64,000 nucleotides of DNA from an uncultured Alphaproteobacteria bacterium (GTDB lineage Bacteria > Pseudomonadota > Alphaproteobacteria > HIMB59 > GCA-002718135), in assembly GCA_902575815.1 (NCBI GenBank), contig CACGTA010000001.1:8147-72146 (forward strand), given 5' to 3'. Shown here in pieces: positions 35,424 to 43,142 of the stretch (the first letter of the stretch is position 1; every line of letters starts with the position of its first letter). The translations under genes and the position numbers were made by a program. The notes under the pieces are model-generated. The model made no database searches. It saw nothing but the letters and a program-made list of their open reading frames with translations, and was not told the origin of the DNA.

Positions 35424-36563
35424 GTGGGGACTATATCACTTAAAAATATTTCAAAGTCATTTGGGTCTACACAAGTACTTAATAATTTGAATGTTGATAT
35501 AAACGATGGAGAATTCTTAACATTAGTTGGTCCATCTGGTTGTGGTAAATCTACATTACTTAGAATAATTGCAGGATTGGAACAACAAACTTCAGGTGAT
35601 GTATTAATAGATAATAAAAATGTAAATAGAGTTAGAGCCAGTGAAAGAGATTTGGCAATGGTATTCCAATCATATGCTCTTTATCCTCATCTCACAGTAA
35701 GAAGAAATTTAGAAACTCCATTAAGACTAAGAGACTATAATGCATTTGAAAGACTACCCTTGATTGGTAATTTTTCTCCAAGCAAAAAAGAGAAAACAGA
35801 ATCTATAAATCAATTAGTAAATAAAACTTCTGAAACTCTAAAAATTTCAGAACTATTAGATAGAAAACCAGGACAATTGTCAGGTGGTCAAAGACAAAGA
35901 GTTGCTCTCGGTCGTGCCATGGTTAGAGAGCCTGTTGCCTTTTTAATGGATGAACCTCTTTCAAATTTAGATGCGGCTCTGAGAGTTCACATGCGATCTG
36001 AATTATCTGAACTTCATAATTCACTTAAAACTACTTTTGTGTACGTAACACATGATCAAGCAGAAGCGTTAACTATGTCTTCTCGAATGGCTGTTATGAT
36101 TGATGGAAATTTATTACAACTTGATACTCCCCAAGAAGTATATGACAACCCTTCCTCATTAAGCGTAGCTCAGTTTGTTGGAAGTCCAAAAATAAATATA
36201 TTTAAAGGAACTGCGGACTCTGGTGGGACGGTAAGTTTTCTCAAGGTTAATCTAAAAAGAAAAAGTTCTGAAAGTAATACAGACTTACATATTGGTATTC
36301 GACCAGAACATTTAGAAATTACAAATGAAAGTAATGAAAATACATTTAGTGGAACAGTTGCATATAGAGAAAATTTAGGTTCAGATATTTTCTTTCATGT
36401 AAATATTGAAGGCGGTTCAAATAAAATAATTGTAAGGGGCTTACCACAATTTACACACCAAATTTCAAACGGTTCTAGTGTGAATATTAAAAGAGTGTCT
36501 AATAAAGCATTACTTTTTAATCAAGCAGGAATGAGGGTACAATTTAATAATGCAATGGGATAA
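35424..36563 (+). CDS. CUT1-type ABC ATP-binding protein (UgpC/MalK-like)
   Basis: GTG start after GAGGGGGA. Walker [10 protein letters not shown], signature LSGGQRQRV, Walker B FLMDEP and a MalK-like C-terminal regulatory domain. Confidence 0.9.
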   Translation: MGTISLKNISKSFGSTQVLNNLNVDINDGEFLTLVGPSGCGKSTLLRIIAGLEQQTSGDVLIDNKNVNRVRASERDLAMVFQSYALYPHLTVRRNLETPLRLRDYNAFERLPLIGNFSPSKKEKTESINQLVNKTSETLKISELLDRKPGQLSGGQRQRVALGRAMVREPVAFLMDEPLSNLDAALRVHMRSELSELHNSLKTTFVYVTHDQAEALTMSSRMAVMIDGNLLQLDTPQEVYDNPSSLSVAQFVGSPKINIFKGTADSGGTVSFLKVNLKRKSSESNTDLHIGIRPEHLEITNESNENTFSGTVAYRENLGSDIFFHVNIEGGSNKIIVRGLPQFTHQISNGSSVNIKRVSNKALLFNQAGMRVQFNNAMG

Positions 36564-36578
36564 GGATAAAATTTACTA

Positions 36579-37535
36579 ATGCATAATTCAAAAGCTCACA
36601 TATGGTTTATTGCACCAGCAATCATACTGATGATAATCATTTTAATCTTTCCTCTTTTTCTTGCAGGAGGAATTTCTTTTACTGACTATAATTTAGGAAA
36701 CAAAACATTCGAGTGGGTTGGATTAGAAAATTATGACAAGATGTTCAATCGAAAAACATATGTCAAAATGATTTGGGCCACAGCCACGTATGTTATTGTT
36801 GTCGTTCCAATTTCTGTTGTACTTGGATTATGTGCTGCTATGCTCTTAAATTCACTAAGGTTTGGCGCTGATATATATAAAACAATTTTCTTTCTTCCAG
36901 TTATGGCAACTCTTCTTGCGATGGCAATTGCATGGGAATTTACTCTTCATCCAACATTAGGAATTGTAAATAGTTTTTTAGCAAATGGGTGTGGAGGAGT
37001 TAGAGAATTCATTCTTGGTTTTCATTGGTTACCGTGGGTAGACTCACAAGAAAGCTGGTATGCTGTAGCATGTGCAAACAACATGGATTTTCCATATTGG
37101 TTAAAACAAAAAAATACAGCGATTTGGACAGTATGTTTCATAGGAATTTGGCAGGCTTTTGGTTTTAACATGGTTTTATATTTAGCTGGCTTAACAAGTA
37201 TACCAAGAGAGTTATACCAAGCTGCGGAAATGGATGGGGCTAAATCTACATGGGAACAATTTAAACTTGTTACATGGCCAATGCTTGGTCCAACAACGTT
37301 GTTTGTTGTGACTATTACTACCATTAGAACATTTCAGGTATTTGATACAATCGAAATACTGACCAAAGGTGGTCCATCAAAAACAACGTATGTCATGATG
37401 TATGCAATTTTTGAAAAAGCTATTCAACAAAACTTAACAAGTATCGGTGCAGCAATCACTGTTGTCTTTATTGGATTTATTCTTGTGTTAACGTTTTTCC
37501 AAAGATATGTCATTGAGAAGAGGGTTCATTATTAA
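36579..37535 (+). CDS. CUT1-type ABC permease (MalF/UgpA-like)
   Basis: 318-aa membrane protein with the EAA loop YQAAEMDGAKSTWEQFKLVTWP. Confidence 0.85.
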   Translation: MHNSKAHIWFIAPAIILMIIILIFPLFLAGGISFTDYNLGNKTFEWVGLENYDKMFNRKTYVKMIWATATYVIVVVPISVVLGLCAAMLLNSLRFGADIYKTIFFLPVMATLLAMAIAWEFTLHPTLGIVNSFLANGCGGVREFILGFHWLPWVDSQESWYAVACANNMDFPYWLKQKNTAIWTVCFIGIWQAFGFNMVLYLAGLTSIPRELYQAAEMDGAKSTWEQFKLVTWPMLGPTTLFVVTITTIRTFQVFDTIEILTKGGPSKTTYVMMYAIFEKAIQQNLTSIGAAITVVFIGFILVLTFFQRYVIEKRVHY

Positions 37536-38428
37536 TGGAAGCTAAACAATATATTGGGGAAGGTTGGAAGCATGCAATCTTAATTATTGGTGCTATCGTA
37601 GTAATGCTCCCTTTTTATATGATGGTTTCAATGTCATTAAAATCTCAGCAAGAAATCCAATCAATTTCTGGTGGTCTCATTGGTGCGCAAGAAACTCAAA
37701 CATTTCCCGTATGTGTTAAAACTGGTTATTCAGAAGAAACATGTACAATGAAGCCATATCAATACAACTATTGGTTTGCTTTTGAAAAAGCTCCTATTCC
37801 TAGATACTTAATGAATGGTGTCATTGTTACTTTATCAATCTTTATCATTCAGGTTTTAGTCGCCTTACCGTGCGCATATGCACTTGCCAAGTTACGGTTT
37901 TACGGACGAGAATTTGTTTTCTCGATGGTTTTATTTTGCTTGCTCATACCAGTTCACGGAATTGCACTTCCATTATACGTTATGTTGGCCCAGGCAGGAT
38001 TAGTTGACACCTATTCCGCCTTAATACTCCCCTGGACCATATCGGTGTTTGGAATCTTTTTAATGCGGCAATTCTTTATGACTGTGCCAGATGAGTTAAT
38101 TGATGCCGCCAGGATGGATGGCATGGGAGAGTACGCAATCGTATGGAAAGTAATGCTTCCAACTGCAATACCAGCGTTACTTGCTTTTGCAATATTCTCA
38201 GTTGTTGCGCACTGGAATGATTATTTCTGGCCTCGTATGGTAATAACAGGAAATAGAGATCTCTTTACTCCACCACTTGGTATAAGAGAATTCAGAGGTG
38301 GAATTGATAGTGACGAATTTGGTCCAATGATGGCTTCGATAGTTACTGTAACTGTTCCTCTTATTGTTGCTTTTATAATCGCGCAAAAACGATTTATTGA
38401 AGGAATTACTTTGACAGGCATGAAGTAA
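37535..38428 (+). CDS. CUT1-type ABC permease (MalG/UgpE-like)
   Basis: 297-aa membrane protein with the EAA loop LIDAARMDGMGEYAIVWKVMLP. Confidence 0.85.
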   Translation: MEAKQYIGEGWKHAILIIGAIVVMLPFYMMVSMSLKSQQEIQSISGGLIGAQETQTFPVCVKTGYSEETCTMKPYQYNYWFAFEKAPIPRYLMNGVIVTLSIFIIQVLVALPCAYALAKLRFYGREFVFSMVLFCLLIPVHGIALPLYVMLAQAGLVDTYSALILPWTISVFGIFLMRQFFMTVPDELIDAARMDGMGEYAIVWKVMLPTAIPALLAFAIFSVVAHWNDYFWPRMVITGNRDLFTPPLGIREFRGGIDSDEFGPMMASIVTVTVPLIVAFIIAQKRFIEGITLTGMK

Positions 38429-38442
38429 ATTCTTATCTACTG

Positions 38443-39291
38443 ATGACATTGTCAGTAAATTTTATTTTTATCTTAATTCTTGTATCTGCTCTATGTCATG
38501 CAGTTTGGAGTGCTATAATAAAATCAAGTAAGAACCCTTTATCGCTAATGGGTATAACTTCTGTCTTAGAAGTTACAATTTTTTTTCCTTTAACATTTAC
38601 TGTTCCATTTCCAACTTTAGAGGTTTGGTATTTTTTAATTGCAACCGTCATCATTCATGTCTTCTACAGACTAAATGTTATCTACTCATATAGGTACGGT
38701 GACCTCTCTTACATATATCCAATTTCTAGAGGAAGTTCATGTCTGTTTGTAGCGATCATTAGTATTTTATTTTTAAGTTCTGATATTAGTGTTGCTGGTT
38801 TTGTTGGAATATTAATTGTTTGTATTGGTTTATTTTTAATTTCTTATTCTAAAAATTTATCTTTTAACTTCAGAGGTTTTGCGCTCGCAATATCAACGGC
38901 TATTCTAATTACTGCTTACACTTTAGTTGACGGAGTCGGGGTTAGACTTTCTGAAAATGGTTTTTCCTATATTTACTGGCTCTTCACACTTAATGGAATA
39001 CCTTTGCTAATTATTGGTTTGATCTCGAAAGATGGTTTACGAAAAAGAGAAACATACACATTTAGATCAGGCATTGCTGCTGGTGTCTTTGCAACAAGTA
39101 GTTACGCAATTGTTGTTTGGAGTATGCAATTTATAGAAATAGCTTATGTCTCTAGTATTAGAGAAATAAGCATTGTGTTTGCTGCAATTATTGGAATGCT
39201 TTTCTTATTTGAAAAGAATGCAAAATCTCGAATAATACCTTCTATTTTAATAGTGAGTGGTATTTCGGTTGTTTATTTTCAGATTCTTTAA
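38443..39291 (+). CDS. DMT-superfamily (EamA-like) transporter
   Basis: 282 aa with ~10 hydrophobic segments and a two-fold internal repeat layout. Confidence 0.65.
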   Translation: MTLSVNFIFILILVSALCHAVWSAIIKSSKNPLSLMGITSVLEVTIFFPLTFTVPFPTLEVWYFLIATVIIHVFYRLNVIYSYRYGDLSYIYPISRGSSCLFVAIISILFLSSDISVAGFVGILIVCIGLFLISYSKNLSFNFRGFALAISTAILITAYTLVDGVGVRLSENGFSYIYWLFTLNGIPLLIIGLISKDGLRKRETYTFRSGIAAGVFATSSYAIVVWSMQFIEIAYVSSIREISIVFAAIIGMLFLFEKNAKSRIIPSILIVSGISVVYFQIL

Positions 39292-39326
39292 GGAAAAAAT
39301 ATAGACTTTTTATACGAAAATTTTAT

Positions 39327-39497
39327 ATGACTTTTATGACTGAGAATATTGTGGAAGTAGATCCAAAAACCGAAACTATCTCTTGCGATGGTGGTGAAGA
39401 TGGTTTAGGACATCCCGCAGTTTATTATACCTTCAATAATGAGAATAAAATAGTCTGTGGTTATTGTGGTAAAATATTTATAAAAAAAGAAGAATAG
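39327..39497 (+). CDS. Small zinc-finger protein (zf-CHCC-like), not in the ORF track
   Basis: Hand translation gives MTFMTENIVEVDPKTETISCDGGEDGLGHPAVYYTFNNENKIVCGYCGKIFIKKEE (56 aa). The C..G...GHP.VY...C.YCG pattern matches this family. The stop lies 2 nt before the next gene. Confidence 0.6.
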   Translation: MTFMTENIVEVDPKTETISCDGGEDGLGHPAVYYTFNNENKIVCGYCGKIFIKKEE

Positions 39498-39499
39498 AA

Positions 39500-39853
39500 A
39501 TGTATAAGGAATCTTGGGGTCAAAAAAGAATTTGTCCAGTGTGTAGTAAACAATACTACGACCTAGGAAGAACAGAGCTTGAATGTCCAGAATGTGGTAA
39601 ACTAATTGAAGTTACTACCATGACTAGACCAAGACGTGGAAGAAAACCTGGTAGTACTAATGCTGCTCCTCTAACAAATCCTATTCCTGCAAAACCAAAA
39701 GAAAAAGATGATGATCTTGATATCGATAATTTGGATTTGGATAACAACGAAGACAATCTTGAAGATGATACTGTTTTATTAGAAGATGAAACAGAAATTG
39801 ATCCAATAGCCGAAGGTATTAAACCTAAAGAAGACGGCGAAGAAGAATACTAG
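39500..39853 (+). CDS. FYDLN_acid-family protein (zinc ribbon plus acidic tail)
   Basis: CPVCSKQYYDLGR...CPECG zinc ribbon followed by a D/E-rich C-terminus. Confidence 0.7.
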   Translation: MYKESWGQKRICPVCSKQYYDLGRTELECPECGKLIEVTTMTRPRRGRKPGSTNAAPLTNPIPAKPKEKDDDLDIDNLDLDNNEDNLEDDTVLLEDETEIDPIAEGIKPKEDGEEEY

Positions 39854-39875
39854 AATTTCAATAAAAATTTAGAAG

Positions 39876-41114
39876 ATGTTTAAGGTACTACAAAACACTT
39901 GGGCCCTTTTTTTTGGCTTTGCTTTAATTAGTCTTGGTCATGGTTTGCAAGGAACGCTAATCGGTGTTCGTTCTGTTTTAGAAGGTTTTAGTTTTTTTGC
40001 ATCGGGGCTTATTATAGCTGGTTATTACGTTGGATACTTAACTGGCGCATTAACAATTCCAATTTTTTTACAACGTGTTGGTCACATAAGAGTTTTTGCC
40101 GCTTTAGCATCGCTTGCTTCTATCGCTATATTATTACACTCAGTATTTGTTCATCCTTATTCATGGATGTTTATACGAATATTAACTGGTTTAAGTCTTG
40201 CTGGAATTTATGTAATCATGGAGAGTTGGTTGAATGAAAAATCAACTAATCAAACTCGCGGTCAATTACTTTCCGTTTACATGATTATTACTTTTGTATT
40301 TGTTGGAGCAGGACAATTTTTATTAAATTTAGGCGATCCAGCTAAAGTTGATTTATTTATTTTAGTATCAATCTTATTATCATTCGCACTTCTTCCTATT
40401 CTTTTATCTTCAACAGAACAACCTAATACAGAAAGTCCTAAATTTTTTTCTTTAAAAGAATTTTATACTGTGTCGCCCTTGGGTTTTGTTGGCGCATTAG
40501 CAACTGGTTTATCGCATAGTGCAGTTTTTGGGTACGGTGCAATTTATGCATCATCTATTAATTTAAGCTTATTTGAAATTTCTCTCTATATGATGATTAT
40601 AACTTCAGCTGGCGCTCTATCTCAATGGCCTATTGGATATTTGTCAGATAGAATTGATAGACGTGTTATTCTTATTGGTGTTTCTTTTATGGCTTCAGGT
40701 TTGAGTTTATTTTTTGTTTTTGCAAACTTTATGCCGCTAACATTGTTCTTAATTTTTACTGGTCTTTTTTCAGTTGCGTGTTTACCAATGTATTCACTTA
40801 CGGTTGCTCATACAAATGACTTCTTACAACCTAATGAGATAGTATCAGCAAGTGCAACCTTTGGTATACTTATTGGTATTGGATCAATTATCGGACCTTT
40901 GTTTGTTTCTGGATTTATGGAAATTTTAGGAGCGCTAGGTTTTTACATCTATTTATTTTTAATACATGGACTGCTAGGGTTGTTTGGTTTGTATAGAATG
41001 ACACAAAGAACTAAACCCCGTGATCTTGAATCACAATATAATCCTTTACCGCGAAATATTAGTCCTGCCGGTATGGAAATGAACCCCGTTACTGAGCCAA
41101 CTGAGGACGAGTAA
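39876..41114 (+). CDS. MFS transporter
   Basis: 412 aa with 12 hydrophobic segments. Confidence 0.8.
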   Translation: MFKVLQNTWALFFGFALISLGHGLQGTLIGVRSVLEGFSFFASGLIIAGYYVGYLTGALTIPIFLQRVGHIRVFAALASLASIAILLHSVFVHPYSWMFIRILTGLSLAGIYVIMESWLNEKSTNQTRGQLLSVYMIITFVFVGAGQFLLNLGDPAKVDLFILVSILLSFALLPILLSSTEQPNTESPKFFSLKEFYTVSPLGFVGALATGLSHSAVFGYGAIYASSINLSLFEISLYMMIITSAGALSQWPIGYLSDRIDRRVILIGVSFMASGLSLFFVFANFMPLTLFLIFTGLFSVACLPMYSLTVAHTNDFLQPNEIVSASATFGILIGIGSIIGPLFVSGFMEILGALGFYIYLFLIHGLLGLFGLYRMTQRTKPRDLESQYNPLPRNISPAGMEMNPVTEPTEDE

Positions 41115-41694
41115 TTCTTTTAAATATTCTGTGAAGTAATAAGAGGATAATTATTCCCATATAAATGACTGGTTCAGTTTTATCAGCACGAACTAAAACA
41201 TAAAAATGCATACTAGCTAGAATGGCTACCGGGTAAATTAAATAATGAATTTTCTTCCATAATTTAAAACCTAATCGTTTAATGATATTGTTTGTTGAAG
41301 TGCTAGCAAGTGGGATTAAAAAAAGAAAGCTTATAAAACCAAAAGTTATAAATGGTCTTTTTATAATATCTTGTATGATAAATTGCATATCTAAAAAATG
41401 ATCTAAAACTATGTAAGTGGAGAAATGCAAACAGACATAATAGAAAGCAAAAAGTCCGATCATTCTTCGTAAAACAACTATCGATTTTAAAGATTTAATA
41501 TTTGATAGAGTGGTAATCATGAGAGTTATGATTATTAATCTGAGTGCCATTAGACCTAATTCATCCATTAGTTTTTCAATTGGATTTACTCCAAGATTTC
41601 CAGTAACAAATTGAAACGCCCAAAGTAGACTTGGAAATAGAATTAAAATAAATAATACAGGTTTACTGCGATTAAAATTTTTTGTTGAAAACAT
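41089..41694 (-). CDS. msrQ: Protein-methionine-sulfoxide reductase heme-binding subunit MsrQ
   Basis: 201-aa membrane protein with conserved His residues (YYVCLHF, SMHFY). It lies directly downstream of msrP. Confidence 0.8.
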   Translation of the reverse strand: MFSTKNFNRSKPVLFILILFPSLLWAFQFVTGNLGVNPIEKLMDELGLMALRLIIITLMITTLSNIKSLKSIVVLRRMIGLFAFYYVCLHFSTYIVLDHFLDMQFIIQDIIKRPFITFGFISFLFLIPLASTSTNNIIKRLGFKLWKKIHYLIYPVAILASMHFYVLVRADKTEPVIYMGIIILLLLHRIFKRITRPQLAQ

Positions 41695-41697
41695 TCA

Positions 41698-42615
41698 TTA
41701 ATAAAATTTAGTCAAATCTAAATCTTTATAGAGGTGTGCTACTTCTTCTTCATAGCCATTAAACATAAGTGTTTCTCTTCTTTTAAACTCTCCAATTCGT
41801 CTCTCTGTTCCTTGACTCCATCTTGGATGATTAACATTAGGATTTACATTAGCATAAAAACCATATTCCCAAGGAGCTAAAGTTTCCCAAGATGTTTCCG
41901 GTTGAGTATCTAAAAATCTAATTTCCACAATTGATTTAATTGATTTGAAACCATACTTCCATGGAACAACTAATCTTATGGGTGCACCATTTTGATTAGG
42001 CATTTCATGACCATACAATCCAGTTGCTAATATTGTTAGAGGATTCATTGCTTCATCCATTCGAAGCCCCTCTCTATATGGCCAAATGATTGTTCTCTTT
42101 TGCTGACCTGGCATTTCTTCCGGTCTGAACACAGTTACAAATTGAACATACTTTGCCGAGCTTAAAGGTTCAGCCATTTTTATAAGTTCAGATAGTTGAA
42201 AGCCTTGCCAAGGAATGACCATGGACCAAGCTTCAACACATCTTAATCGATAGACTCTATCTTCTATTGTTACATTTGATAAAATTTTTTCTAAATCAAA
42301 TGTTTGAGGCTTTTTCACAAGACCATCTATTTTTATTGTCCATGGACTAGGCTTAAAATTTCCAGAGTTTAAATGCGGATGTTTTTTATGAGTCCCAAAC
42401 TCATAAAAATTATTGTAAGTTGTGATTTCTTCGTACGAATTAAGTTTGTCGTTTTCATTTAGATTTTTAGTATAAATTGAAAGATCACTATCGTGGTTTG
42501 CAAATGCTGATGAGGTAACCGTTGCTAGCATGGCGCTAGCTAAAGATCCCTTTATAAACTTACGTCTATTTAAATATGTCTTATAGGGTGTGATTTCAGA
42601 TCCTAAAATTTTCAT
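41698..42615 (-). CDS. msrP: Protein-methionine-sulfoxide reductase catalytic subunit MsrP (molybdopterin)
   Basis: Tat-like leader RRKFIKGS, and the YRLRCVEAWSMVIPW and GAPIRLVVPWKYGFKS blocks of YedY/MsrP. Confidence 0.9.
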   Translation of the reverse strand: MKILGSEITPYKTYLNRRKFIKGSLASAMLATVTSSAFANHDSDLSIYTKNLNENDKLNSYEEITTYNNFYEFGTHKKHPHLNSGNFKPSPWTIKIDGLVKKPQTFDLEKILSNVTIEDRVYRLRCVEAWSMVIPWQGFQLSELIKMAEPLSSAKYVQFVTVFRPEEMPGQQKRTIIWPYREGLRMDEAMNPLTILATGLYGHEMPNQNGAPIRLVVPWKYGFKSIKSIVEIRFLDTQPETSWETLAPWEYGFYANVNPNVNHPRWSQGTERRIGEFKRRETLMFNGYEEEVAHLYKDLDLTKFY

Positions 42616-42666
42616 AATAATAATATATATCTTAAATATTAAAATTGAAGATTTGCTTTAATAATC

Positions 42667-43074
42667 TTAGCTTTTAAAATGGGAGTTATATTTATTTAGT
42701 ATTTTTTCTGGCCATGTACTTTTGATAAATTCAAGAATAGACCAAACATCTTCATCTGATAACGCATCATTACCAAGCATTTTACCTTCATAATCAGGAT
42801 TTGATTTATTAAAACCATATTTAATGACATGAAATAATTGTGCAGGAGAGTGGTGCCAAGTGTGCCCAGTGCCATTAAGAGGAGGTGCTCTTCTATGACC
42901 ATCTTCATCTAACGATTTATCCCACTCTTCATGACCTGCTAAATTACCCATATGACACCCTGCGCAATTTTCAGCATATAGTTTCATCCCTTTAAAAATA
43001 TCAACTTCTGCTGCATGAATACTATGTCCAATACATAATACTATAAGTACCGAAATTAATTTAAGGGTTTGCAT
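42667..43074 (-). CDS. Class I c-type cytochrome
   Basis: Signal peptide plus one CAGCH heme-binding motif. It is 135 aa. Confidence 0.75.
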   Translation of the reverse strand: MQTLKLISVLIVLCIGHSIHAAEVDIFKGMKLYAENCAGCHMGNLAGHEEWDKSLDEDGHRRAPPLNGTGHTWHHSPAQLFHVIKYGFNKSNPDYEGKMLGNDALSDEDVWSILEFIKSTWPEKILNKYNSHFKS

Positions 43075-43142
43075 TCTATTTATATAATTTTTTAAATTTA
43101 TATTTCATTACAAATCTGTCTTTTTTTTGATAGGATATACCT

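Noticed and set aside
35700-35830. An apparent ~18-residue insertion (NAFERLPLIGNFSPSKKE) in the helical subdomain of the ABC ATPase, relative to my memory of E. coli UgpC.
   Set aside because: I recall similar RLPL-containing insertions in other alphaproteobacterial CUT1 ATPases. It is probably a subfamily trait rather than something specific to this locus, and I cannot verify it without an alignment.
43090-43107. TGAAATA-TAAA-TTTAAAA upstream of the cytochrome c gene resembles the proposed Pho-box pair.
   Set aside because: I do not call it a Pho box because the gene has no evident phosphorus link and one heptamer is off-consensus. I record it as a warning about the false-positive rate of the motif in this composition.
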